The position numbers were made by a program, and so were the translations under genes. Of a stretch of 64,000 nt of DNA, positions 50,101 to 62,497 are shown piece after piece. The notes under the pieces are model-generated. The model did no database searches. It was given only the letters and a program-made list of their open reading frames with translations, and was not told the DNA's origin. Source of the DNA: Heterodontus francisci (lineage: Eukaryota). The stretch covers positions 65,869,326 through 65,933,325 of the forward strand of contig NC_090395.1 of assembly GCF_036365525.1 (NCBI RefSeq), in the 5' to 3' direction. Within the stretch, counting starts at the first letter, position 1. Each line of letters starts with the position of its first letter.

Positions 50101-50929
50101 TCTAAAGCAAGATCTTTTGCATTGCTTGGAAGCAGAAGAAAACAACTTGTGTATTCATAGGATAAATGTAATTCCATTAACTAAATTAATGAAATAAGAG
50201 CTTGTTCTGTTCATTATCTTGGGCAGGTTACCAAAAACCTACCCAGATATCAAGGCTAATTAAGATAAATTTTGAAGGCACTGAGTTGGGTCTCATCTAT
50301 GCAAATGATCCAAGATATAAGAACTTAAAAATCTGGTAGAAAAACAAAAATATAAACACTTTTCTAAAATGTTCGTAAAGAGTGACATTACATTTTGCTT
50401 TTGGGCAATTTTAGTTTGCATTTTGAAAAGTGCAACGTAACAGTTTGTTAATGTAGGTGACAGAATATTGTTGAGCTGCGAAAATGGGTTACTGATAGTC
50501 CTGTTATTTTGCACATGCATTGATTCCTGGACAGTGCGCAGTGATATGAATCCTGTGCCTGTGGTGTAATAGCAAGAAAAAAAAAATAACTTGCAATCAA
50601 AATAAATGCACACACTGGTAAGAACATTCTGCAAATTAACTAGTGTTTAAAGCTGAAAATTTGGTCTTCAGACAACACAAAAGAATAAAGCCACTTATGT
50701 TACGTCATACCCTGCTTTATTGCATATTGGAGTATTAATCACACTGCCATATACAAACACTGATGCAAATCTCTACCCTATACTTGGGTTTACATCTAGA
50801 CAAAGTATGTCACATCACATGTTACAGTAGGGAGATGACTTATTATTCACAGAAATTTTGAGGTACACTAGAGGATTTTATATTGCTTATGTCTGGTAGT
50901 ATATGCAAGTTCTTCAGTTAGTTCATAAT

Positions 50930-53900
50930 CTTCTTTAGCCTCCTTGTCTCGAGAGACAATGGGTAAGCGCCTGGAGGTGGTCAGTGGTTTGTGGAGCGGC
51001 GCCTGGAGTGGCTATAAAGACCAATTCTAGAGTGACAGACCCTTTCACAGGTGCTGCAGATAAAATTGGCTGTTGGCTCTCCCCTTGCGCTTCTGTCTTT
51101 TTTCCTGCCAACTGCTAAGTGTCTCCAACTCGCCACACTTTAGCCCCGCCTTTATGGCTGTCCGCCAGCTCTGGCGATCACTGGCAACTGACTCCCACGA
51201 CTTGTGATCGATGTCACAGGACTTCATGTCGCGTTCGCAGACGTCTTTAAAGCGGAAACATGGACAGCCGGTGGGTCTGATACCAGTGACGAGCTTGCTG
51301 TACAATGTTTCCTTGGGGATCCTGCCATCTTCCATGCGGCTCACATGGCCAAGCCATCTCAAGCGCCGCTGGCTCAGTAGTGTGTATATGCTGGGGATGT
51401 TGGCCGCCTCGAGGACTTCTGTGTTGGAGATACGGTCCTGCCACCTGATGCCAAGGATTCTTCGGAGGCAGCGAAGATGGAATGAATTGAGACGTCACTC
51501 TTGGCTGACATACCTTGTCCAGGCCTCGCTGCCGTAGAGCAAGGTACTGAGGACACAGGTTTTATACACTCGGACTTTTGTGTTCCGTGTCAGTGCGCCA
51601 TTTTCCCACACTCTCTTGGCCAGTCTGGACATAGCAGTGGAAGCCTTTCCCATGCGCTTGTTGATTTCTGCATCGAGAAACAGGTTACTGGTGATACTTG
51701 AACCTAGGTAGGTGAACTGTTGAGCCACTTCCAGAGCGTGGTCACCGATATTGATGGATGGAGCATTTCTGACGTCCTGTCCCATGTTCGTTTTCTTGAG
51801 GCTGATGGTTAGGCCAAATTCGTTGCAGGCAGCTGCAATCCTGTCGATGAGTCTCTGCAGACACTGTTCAGCGTGAGATGTTAATGCAGCATCGGTAGCA
51901 GAGAAGTTCCCTGATGAGGACTTTCCATACTTTGGTCTTCGCTCTAAGATGGGCAAGGTTGAACAACCTGCCATCTGATCTTGTGTGGAGGAAAATTCCT
52001 TCTTAAGACTTGAACGCATGTGAGAGCAGCAGGGAGAAGAAGATCCCAAACAGTGTAGGTGCGAGAGCACAGCCCTGTTTCACGCCACTCAGGATAGGAA
52101 AGGGGTCTGATGAGGCGACGCTATGCTGAATTGTGCCTTTCATATTGTCATGGAATGAGGTGATACTTAGTAGCTTTGGTTGACATCCGATCTTTGCTAG
52201 TAGTCTGAAGAGACCACACCACGTCTGCTGACGAGGTCAAAGGCTTTGGTGAGATCAATGAAAGCAACGTAGAGGGGCATCTGTTGTTCTCGGCATTTCT
52301 CCTGTAGCTGGCGAAGGGAGAACAGCATGTCAATGGTGGATCTCTCTGCTCGAAAGCCACACTGTGCCTCAGGGTAGACACGCTCAGCCAGCTTCTGGAA
52401 CCTGTTTAAAGCGACTCGAGCGAAGACTTTCCCCACTATGCTGAGCAGGGAGATTCCATGGTAATTGTTGCAGTCACCGCGGTCACCCTTGTTCTTATAG
52501 AGGGTGATGATATTGGCGTCGCGCATGTCCTGTGGTACTGCTCCCTCATCCCAGCACAGGCAAAGCAGTTCGTAGAGTGCTGAAAGTATAGCAGGCTGGG
52601 CAGTCTTGATTATTTCAGGGGTAATGCCGTCCTTCCCAGGGGCTTTTCCACTGGCTAGAGAATCAGTGGCATTACTGAGTTCCGATTTTGTTGGCTGTTC
52701 GTCCAACTCATCCATGACTGGCAGAGACTGGACTGCATTGAGGCGGTCTCAGTGACACCATTTTTCCTGGAGTACAGTTCTAGGTAGTGCTCCACCCAGC
52801 GGTCCATTTGCTTGTGTTGGTCAGTGATTGTGTCCGTCAGTGATTGTGTCCCCTGATTTAGACTTGAGGGGGGCAATCTTCCTGATGGTTGGCCCAAAAG
52901 CGCGCTCAATGCCATCATACATTCCTCCTGATGTTTCTGGTGTCGGAGGCCAGCTGAATATGACTGCACAGGTGTTGCCAGTAGTCATTTGCGCAGCGCC
53001 TGGCTGTTCTTTGTGCAGCACTTCTGGCTGCTTTAAGTGCTATGGATGTTAACTCGCTGGGGGCTTTCTTGTAGTTCAACAGTGCAATGCGCTTAGCGGC
53101 TATGACTGGTTCCAGCTCTTCAAAGTGAGATTGAAACCAATCTGCGTTCTGCTTCACATGTTTGCCATAGGTGGTCATTGCTGAGTCATAGATGGCGCCT
53201 CTGACGTGGGCCCACTTAGTCTCTGCATCCCCTGTAGGAGTGTTTTGAAGGGCTTTTTCAAGTGAATTTAGAAACTTATGTAACAGCTGTGGATAAGAAA
53301 TTCTGCTAGTGTTGATGCACGGGCAGCCTTTCTGCTTGGAGTGATGCAGCTTCTTTGGTTTTAGTCTAACCTTGCTGCACACCAGGGAGTGGTCGGTGTC
53401 AGTCCGCACTGTGGAAGCTGCATGTGATTTGAAAGAGGCTCGCCTTGTGACGATGAGGTCCAGGTGGTGCCAACGATGTGATCTTGGATGCCTCCAAGAA
53501 ACCTGGTGACAGGGTTTAGTATGAAAGAACGAGTTGGTGATGCAGAGGTTGTGATAGGTACACAACTCCAGCAGTCTCTGTCCATTCTCATTCATCCATC
53601 CAATGCCATAGCGCCCAAGGCAGGAGCGCCATGAGTCATGGTCGGCCCCAACCCTGGCATTAAAGTCCCCCAGCAGGAACAGATGTTTGGTATTGGGGAT
53701 GCTACTAATGATATGATGGAGTTTTTCGTAGAACTGGTCTTTAACTTCAGGTGGGGAGCAGAATGTTGGAGCATAGATGCTGAGTAGCTGTTTTGGACCA
53801 GAGGCGGTGAGCAGTCGGATGGACAGTATGCATTCTGAGCCATTTGAAGGTGGCTCCATCATGCTGAGCAAGGAGTTTCTGATGGTGAAGCCCACTCCGT

Positions 53901-54777
53901 GCTGTCGTGGTTCTTCAGGATCCCTACCCTGCCAGAAGGTGGTGTAGTCTTGCTCTCTTAGATATCCGCTCGCTGGAAGGCGTGTCTCCTGAAGTGCTGT
54001 AATGTCCACATTGAGTCTAATGAGCTTGTTGTTAATGATGGCGATCTTCCGAGCATTGTTGATTTGTGTAAGGTCTTCCGACACGCCAGGGCACACAGTT
54101 CTGACGTTCCAACTTGCAAACGAAGGGCTGGTACCTTTTTTTTTTTTGTCGTGCTGTTTGTTGCGGTGTTACAGTCCACTTGTCGGGTAGTGACCCTGAG
54201 CTCCAAGCACCCATTGATGCAGGTGGACTGTGGTGGGACAGAACCTTGCAGCCTCCGGTCAGTCCGGTTTGAGTCGGGCGGTAGCTGTCCAATGAGATGC
54301 GATGACCTCTCCCACCAACAAAGGCAACCCGTAGCGCCCAATCTCTATGCCAGTTGAGCTGGGCTTATAACCCGTAACTGCTGCCTTCCGTTTTGCTTTG
54401 GTCGCGGTGAGGTAACTATGGAGTGACCTCTCCATGGCGCATGCCTGGGTGGATGTACGGAGGTTGTGAATTGCCCAAGCGTCAAAACCCCCCCCTCTCG
54501 ATCTTCCTGGTGGGGTCCAAAGGAGTGCAGAGCAGTACGTTTGGCACCGGTATGGCTGCAGGAACTGCCAGAAACATGCCAAAGGTGACACAGGACCCCC
54601 TTCGGGGTTCTGCTCCGGATTTTCTGTTAGGGTTTGCTCCCTTAGCCTTGGTCTCTCCCAAGATGCCCACAAGGCAGTGGGGTTGTTAGGGCCCCTGCTC
54701 AGGGAGAGGTAGGGGGAGGGGGCGCGAGGGGAAGATGGTGCGAGAGGGGAGCTGGGAAGGGGTATATAGGGTGTTAC
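50930..54777 (-). mobile_element. RTE-clade LINE, near full length, frameshifted
   Basis: APE endonuclease (ALQETR, SIYAP, LLGDFNARVG; ORF 52915-54096), RT motifs (KAPGKDG, QCGFR, AFIDLTKAFD, YLGS, LLYGSEAW) and an (AAG)-type 3' tail. TTCATAAT is duplicated at 50922-50929 and 55200-55207. Confidence 0.93.
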
Positions 54778-55193
54778 AATGGCGTCCCCTACATATAGAG
54801 CTTCGGTCTTGTCAGCTGCCAGATGTTTGAAGATCTTTGAGATCAGGATTGGCATCTTGTTTTCCCTGCCTCCCTTGATGCTGATCCCCAGGCCCCCGAC
54901 TTCGTGCTTGATTACCTTGACGCTTTGTTTCTTGTTGCTGATGGTCTCGGGGATTTGTTCCGGGAGCTCGGTGTAGGCATTGCGGATCCCGATGGCTTTC
55001 GGACTGCGGGACCGGGCTGAGGACTTTGCGTGCCGGCTCCGTTGGTGAGACCATTTCAGGCGGCGGGGTCCCCTGGCTGCTCGCAGCTCAGAATGAGATT
55101 CTCCTGGTTCAGAGTGGCCAGCACACAGAGCCAGCTGTCCCTGACTAAAACTTCCAGCAGCCCACTTCTCTCCAGCCTGCTGACTAACGCCAT
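54778..55193 (-). pseudogene. SNTB1: Beta-1 syntrophin 5' fragment (ATG, PH1a, most of PDZ), fused to the 5' end of an RTE LINE
   Basis: [21 protein letters not shown]...AA* (TGA at 55058-55056), then a frameshift, then [81 protein letters not shown], LPEQxPExISN and ALYVGDAI fit SNTB1 better than SNTA1/SNTB2. Confidence 0.9.
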
Positions 55194-56004
55194 CTTTTTT
55201 TCATAATAGTGGTTATAAAAGCTTTAATAATGCTGTATCTATGCAAACCATTATCAAAATGCAAAGAAAATCTCAATTTCCAGGCCTTTTTTCTGTTAAC
55301 AGTTCGGTTCATTGTTGCATCTATACTGATGTCATGTCTTGCTTGAGAAAAGAAGACTTGAATGCTATCACTCCCGTTTCTGTCACGTGAATTCAAAATG
55401 ATATCCCTATTTTGGTAACAACACTACACTCAATCTCTTAATTTGTAAGATTTTATGATAGTTGTAATTTCTACAGTTCTACCAAAGATAAAAGATTAAA
55501 GTCCGTTGCTAAATTTTTAGATCTGATTTGCTTAAATGGGTATTTTTTGGATTATGGAAAGGTTGGAAGTGGTGTACCTCAGCTAGGTCCACTTTGTGTG
55601 TGTGTGTACACAGAAGCAGACCTATCTATCGCATTTTTTAGGCCACTTTTAGCTTGCATATAAAAAAAAAGCCAGGAGTTACAAAATGTCCATGTAAGTA
55701 ATGTTATGTTATTGAGCTATGAAACTGAGTTACTTATTATTCTGCTATTGATCACCTAAGAACATAAGAAATAGAAGCGGTAGACTGACTATATTGCCTC
55801 TTGAGCCTTCTCTGCCATCCAATACAATTATGGCTGATCTGCCTCAACTCCACTTACTCGCCAGGTCCCCAAATCCCTTGATTCCCAAGAGACCAAAAAT
55901 CTGTCCATCTCAAAGGTCAGGTGGCATCTGTGGAGTGAGAAACAGAGTTAACATATCTGCCAGCTCTGAGCAGAGCTCCTCCTTACTCCTTGACAGTGAC
56001 AGGA

Positions 56005-57275
56005 GAACATAAGTAATAGGAGTAGGCCATTCAGCCCCCTCAAGCCTGCTCTGCCATGCAATAAGATCATGTTTGATCTGATTGTGGCCTTAATTCCGTT
56101 TTCCTGCCAGCCCCCCATAAACCCTTAACTCCCTTGTAGATCAAAAATCTGTCTAGCACAGCCTTGAATATATTCAATGACCCAGCATCCACTGCTCTCT
56201 GGGGAAGAGAATTCCAAAGATTAACGACGCTGAGAAAATAAGTTCCTCCTCATCTCTACCTTAAAAGGGAGACCCCTTATTTTGAAACTGTGCCCCTTAG
56301 TTCTAGATTCCCCCATGAGGGGAAACATCCTCTCAGCATCTGTCCCCTCATGTCACCTCAGAATCTTTTATGTTTCAATAAGATCACCCCTCATTCTTCA
56401 TTCATCTCAACTCCAATGAGTATAGGCCCAAACTGCTCAGCCTTTACTCATAAGACAACAACTTCATCCCAAGAGTCAGCCTAATGGACCTTCTCTGAAC
56501 TGATTCCAATGCAAATATTTCCCTCCAATCAGGGGACCAAAACTGTACGCAATACTCTAGATGCGGTCTCACCAATGCCTCATACAGTTATAGCAAAACG
56601 TCCCTAATTTTATACGCCATTCCCCCTTGCAATAAATGCCAACATTCCACTTGCCGCCTTAACTATTTGCTGTACCTGCATGCTAACTTTTTATGATTCA
56701 TGTACAGGGACACCCAGATCCCTCTATACTGCAGTATTGTGCAGTCTCCCTCCATGTAAATAATCTGTTTTTCTATTTTTTCCTGCCAAAATGGACAACC
56801 TCACATTTTCCCACATAATCCATCTGCCAAATTTTTGCCCATTCACTTAACCTGTCTGTATCTCTTTGCAGACAGTTTGTGTCCTCCTCACAACTTGTTT
56901 TCCTACCTATCTTTGTATTGTCTGCAAATTTGGCTACAATATACCCACTCTCTTCTTCTAAATTATTAATATAGATCATAACTAGTTGAGGCCCCAGCAC
57001 TGATCCCTGTGGCTCTCTACTACTTACAGCTTGCCAAACTGAAAATGCCCCATTTATCGTGACTTTGTTTCCTGTTAGCCAAACCTCTATCCATATTACT
57101 CCCAGCACCATGAGCTTTTCTCTTATGTAGTAACCTTTTATGTGGCACCTTTTCGAATACCTTTTGGAAATCCAAATACACTACATCTACTGGGTCCCCT
57201 TTATCCACTCTGCTTGTTATATCCTCAAGGACTCTTATAAATTTGTCAAACACAATTTTCCTTTCCGGACAATAC
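56005..57275 (-). mobile_element. CR1 LINE fragment
   Basis: VDVVYLDFQKVFEKVPHKRL, PQGSVLGPQL, KFADNTK and a CR1 3' end. Confidence 0.9.
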
Positions 57276-57277
57276 AC

Positions 57278-58682
57278 TCGTTAGAATGCATGCCCGTCGA
57301 GGTCCTCATTTGAGCCTTCCACAGTAGAATTCATCTGCGACTTGCCCAGCAGCGAGTTTGCAAACGAACCATCCTGTACCCCCTAGCATGGCTACAGCCC
57401 ACTCATACCCGCACGACTCAGCATGTGCTAATCCTTACCCTATACTGGCTGCCAAGATATATGTTGTGCCAGTATCTGAGCTGGTGGCTGCAAGTGCCAG
57501 ATCAAATGATGGCACCTCTTCATCAGTACTCTGCTGTTGCTCTCTCTTCCTCCTTGGACTGATGTGGCTGGGTAGGCGATAGTTATTGAGTGTCTAAAAG
57601 CAGGAACTGGAAGGGAAGATTGATGAGGGGAGGGGCCATAGGGTGGGAAGCAAGAGGCCTATGGCCACAGCATCAGCTTGCCATATATCAGGGTGAGGGT
57701 GTTATGGGAGTTGAGAAGGGTCATAAGGCAGGAACATTCCGCCATCCTCAATGTTCTCAGCGATGGTGGTTGGTCCCGTGAAGCAGACAGTCAGCTCCTC
57801 CTTAGGGCTCAGGAGATGCAGACGTCTTTACCCTCCACCACTTCTGTTTTGCTCCCTTCAATTGTAAGCCACCTTATCCTGAAGAGAGGGGTCAGAATGT
57901 CAGTGATTGTGTTGATCTGCCTTCCAGGGCTGAATAGTTGCTGGTATTTGGAGGCAAAGAGTTAAGAGTGTGAGGCTGGCAGCATTCGAAGCTGTGTGAG
58001 GGTGAGGTGGAGTACTTGGATGTTGGGCGCAAATCCTGAGTGCCAGGGGCTGGTTCTGGGAGAGTGGTGCTGGTGTGGTGCATTGCACAGCATGAGAGGT
58101 TGGTGGTGTGGGTAAGAGATGTCACTTGAAGATGCATTTACTGATCTTGACCACCTGTGTGATGTCATTAGACTCCTTATGGCACTGCTGCCAGTCATCA
58201 GATTCAGTCTCCTGGAGTTGATCTCCCTGACCACCCGCTCCCACTGCATTCTGAGGATGGTCCATGAGTGTCTCCTGGCCCCCACAAAACAATGGCATCT
58301 CTTCTCCTGCCCACTAATGTCTCCAGTGCTGCACCTATCATCCTGGAAGTGCCTCTGCCCTAGTGTTTACTTTGCCATCATTTAAATTGGAACAGTGTTC
58401 TTCATTGCAGCTTCCCTTTAAGAAGAGCAGCCTGCCTTTAAGACAAGCATGCACCATGTAGTTTCTGAACAACACTACTGGGCTCCTCTGCTGAGTGTAG
58501 AGGCAGCCAGTAGCGTTAAAAAGACAGCAGCACAAGATGCATTTGGCCAGATGCTACAATCATGCAGATGAGATGAGTGCTCCAAATTCGGGTGCCACCC
58601 ACCTTGGTCTGAGCAGATGTAGGCAGGTCAGGAATCATGACCACCCCCGCACCCGAAAATCGGGGCAATCCGATTTCTGGCT
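57278..58682 (-). mobile_element. PIF/Harbinger-derived element with decayed Myb/SANT-like gene
   Basis: 58140-58345 reads, across frameshifts, AALETLV..RRRD...QWERVVREINSRRLNLMT/WQQCHKESNDITQVVK (trihelix Myb/SANT pattern); TIR-like end GAGCCAGAAAT at about 58682. Confidence 0.65.
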
Positions 58683-58729
58683 CTTTGTTGTTCTGAATGT
58701 TGTCCGTGTCTTATAACAAATTTGTAAAG

Positions 58730-59290
58730 TGGCTTTGGATTAAGTATAGAGAATATAATTGTGAAATTTACTGACAACGCAAAAGTAAAGGTTTTGGAAA
58801 ACAGTGAGGAGGATTGTAAAATACTTCAGGGAGATACAGGTTAGTGAAATGGACAGACAGGTGGCAGCTGCAGTCCAGTGTGAAGTAATATTTCAGAGAA
58901 GAAATAAAGTAGTAGGAGTATTTTCTCAATGGGAAATGCTTAAAGATGTGGCTAAACAGACCAGGGGTTCAAATACATAATTTCCTGAACACGCAAGTGC
59001 ATATATAAAAACATATATTAAAAACTGTAAAAAGGTATTTTAGGTTTTATAAATAAAAGCATAGAGTACATCTGTAAAGTAAGTCTAAAGTTATAGAAAA
59101 CATTGTTTCGGCCAAAGTTTGAGTATTGTAGTTTTTGTGCCCCATTATAGAAAGTACAGCATTCATTTACCAGATGTATCTAAAATGGGTTGCTACAGTT
59201 GAAGAGACATGAGATACTATGATTATTTTCACTTTAGCAGAAGAGGCTAAGAGGAGATTTAATATAGATTTTTTAAATGATGAATGATTT
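58730..59290 (+). mobile_element. Highly decayed CR1 fragment
   Basis: Residual KF.D..K, cttcagggagatacaggttagtgaaatgg and RP.FEYC..F motifs. Confidence 0.55.
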
Positions 59291-61548
59291 TCTGCTGATT
59301 GTCCCTTCACAAGGACAGAACTTTCTGGACTATATAGTATCATCCCACACCAGGCAGTGCACTTCTGCACTTTACCAGACCTGATGGTATACTACTGCAC
59401 TATACAAAACACCTCTTCCTATCTTCAAACCGAATTTGTGGTCACTTTTTTAATGATACCATACTCTTATTTCAAATTTTTTAAAATAAAAAATGAATTT
59501 AAATTCTCATCCTGCTGTTTTTGGTTTGAAGTTGCAATCTCGGAATTATTAGTTCAGCCCTCTGGATTACTAGTCCAGTAATATAACCAATATATTGCCA
59601 TACCTTGGCTTCCTATGCAGCAAACTTCTGCAATTCTAAATTTCATCTAAATTTGCTCCATGATAAAAGATGCCTAAATACCTGATGCTGAATGAAATTA
59701 AAATTATTTTAAGCTTTACACAATAGGGTGTAAATATTGTGTTTTATATGGCTGTACTTTTAAAGTGGTATTCAAAAACTAGAATACTGTCTAGGTTCTT
59801 GATTGTCACCACTAAAAGGGAGGATTTTATAAAGGACTCAATTGAAGAACTAGTTTTCATTCACACTTGTCTGCTGCAAGATGGTCTGAAAGCTTTGTGA
59901 TCTGTTCATATCTTGATGGAATCCTGTGCTTTTTGCCATATATACCCTGGTATCTATGATTTTAACAAAAGAAAAATATCAGTGTTATATGGTACCTATT
60001 AAATAGAACTCAAAATTTGAGTTCCACTAAAGTCAATCTAATAGTCATCATTATGTAGACTTGTTCACAAAATGCATTGCCTTTCTGTACTTCTAAGATG
60101 CCAGTTCTATATAAGGTAAGATGACAAATAATATGAAATTTTCGACATTATATTAATATTTTAGTAACTTATGACAGCAGACTTTAACAGCAGGATTCAG
60201 TGAAATGCTTAGCCACAATATTTTCCAGAAACAAAATTATTTTTGGCAACAGAAAATATGATTTGTTGGATTTAGGTAAAAGCATGGGTTTTATACAAAG
60301 AACTGCTTGATAGGATTGTTGGAGCTTTGATTTGAAAAGGATGGACCTACCAGTGTTACTGAACAATAAGGTTATTAAAATTATAGTTTTAAAGTACTGC
60401 CTAAGCGGTTCTTTAGAGATATTAAATTGTGGATTTTTAAAGTGATTATAGACATGGGATCCTGTCCATTTAGGCATAGTTCACTCTAGTTTGCTGAATT
60501 TGTGCACAAATCTCAATGTATGTACTCCTACCAGGCATCAAGATCGGCGCAGGCTTGGAGGGCCGAATGGCCTGTTCCTATGCTGTACTGTTCTTTGTTC
60601 TTTGTTCTTTTTGTTGGTTTCATTTATGTATACCTCAGAAATTGATATGTTCTGACGAGGACTAATTTGTGCTTTCAACCACAGTTTATATCTACTTTGC
60701 AGTACTGGATTCATATTTAAATATAGCAGAAGGAAAGGGTAGGAAGTCTGCACTGTTTGTGTGTAAACAAGTAATATCGAACTTTCCATACAAAGAATTT
60801 ACCAAATTCAGCTACTATTAATTATTGTTAAACTTGATGGTGTCAAGTTAATTTACAGCATGAGTGTAAAATATGTTGCACAGAAAATCAATTTCTAAAA
60901 AGTGCTTTCCACATGAAATTGGAAGGACAATTGTGAGACATACAATTCTCTCTGGCTCGGGAGACCTCCATCCTTACAGACCATTAGTAGTTTGCATTGC
61001 ATAAGGAGCTTGGTTATTCTGCCAGTGCTGAGAAACTGGGTGGATTCCAGACCACCCAGAGGTCTTTCAAGTAAATCTGCTTTTGTAATACAAGAATGTT
61101 GGTATTTTCCCTTTTTCCCATCTAACCATTGAGGGCATCATAGGTGCTTTTTCCAGAAGAGAATATTCTATCAATGCAAGATGTAGCCCTTTGGTCTTAT
61201 GTAAGCATTCTATCTGCATAAAGTGACACTTGATGTTAGCTGCATATTAATTGCTCTGATAGTTAGATTATTTGCATCATTTGAAGGAACTTTGTTAGCT
61301 TGGTTCAGTTGGTAGCACCTTTTCCTTTAAGTCAAAATTGTAGATTCTAGTCCCATTACAGATTTAAGCATGTAGTCTAGGCCGTAGTGCGCTGCTGTAA
61401 TGTTCCAGTGAACAGTAATGCAAGCTCGAGGAACAGCACCTGATCTTTCGATTAGGCACTCTACAGCCTTGCAGACGTAACCTTGAGTTCAACAATTTCA
61501 GAGCATGACTGGCCTTTTTAAATATTTTTCAAATTTTTTTTTTAAAAA

Positions 61549-62175
61549 GCATAGAAAATAGGAGCAGGAGTAGGCCATTTGGCCTGCTTTGGGCCTGCTC
61601 CGCCATTCAAAAAAGATCATGGCTGGTCGTCTAATTCAGTACCCTGTTTCCGCTTTGTTCCCATGTCCCTTGACCCCTTTGGCATTAAGAAATATATCTG
61701 TCTCCTTCTTGAATATATTTAATGACTTGGCCTCTGCTGCCTTCTGCCGTAGAGAATTCCACAGGTTCACCACCCTCGGAGTGAAGAAATTTCTCCTCAT
61801 CATGGTTCTAAAAGGCAGACCCCATATCCTGAGACTGTGACTTCTGGGTCTGGACTCCCCAGCCATTGGGAACATCCTCCTTGCATCTAACCTGTCTAGT
61901 CCTGTTAGAATTTTATAGGTTTCTATGAGATCCTCCCTCTTCTCGTGAATATAGGCCTAGTCGACCTAACCTCTCCTCAAGTGTCAATCCTGCCATCCCA
62001 GGAATCAGCCTAGTAAATCTTATTTGCACTCCCTCTAAGCCAAGAACATCCTTACTCCGATAAGGAGACCAAAACTGCACAAATGTGGTCTCACCAAGAC
62101 CTGTATAACTACAGTAGGGCATCCTTGCTCCTGTACTCAAATCCTCTTGCAGTGAAGGCCAACATGCCATTCGCA
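61549..62175 (-). mobile_element. CR1 LINE 3' fragment nested in a Penelope element
   Basis: ORFs 61636-61875 and 61913-62185 carry CR1 C-terminal motifs. Confidence 0.88.
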
Positions 62176-62460
62176 AATTTTGCAAAATAGCATATTTTAT
62201 TTTAGTTTATTTTTTAATCGTGCCTGTTTTTCATGTGGACAGAGCTGCTCATTATTCTGCCATTAACACTCACTCTGGACTAACGTTTTGTCTTTCACCA
62301 CAAGTATTAACACGCTCTTTGCCTTTGTCCCATGACCGCTTTATTAATCTTTTTTGCCCTCTGCCTGATCACACTTTCACTTTTGTTCATTTCCCCACCA
62401 ACCACCACCCACCCTAACTGCTTCACTTGCTTAAAACCTGATTCTTTTCTAACTTTTGCC

Positions 62461-62497
62461 AGTTCTGGTGAAAGGTCACAGACCTGAAACGTTAACT
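62461..62497 (+). ncRNA. Minimal type I hammerhead ribozyme motif in the Penelope pLTR (core A6G variant)
   Basis: AGTT-CTGGTGA-A-AGGTC(ACA)GACCT-GAAAC-GTT-AACT: stem I AGUU/AACU, stem II AGGUC/GACCU, GAAA core, palindromic stem III, GUU cleavage triplet. Confidence 0.7.

Noticed and set aside
52820-52851. 16-bp tandem duplication gtcagtgattgtgtcc
   Set aside because: A simple disabling mutation within the RTE ORF.
54659-54859. 9-nt complementarity CAAGAUGCC/GGCAUCUUG that could serve as P1 of an HDV-like ribozyme
   Set aside because: The upstream half is ordinary SNTB1 coding sequence (NKMP), not part of the RTE; likely coincidence.
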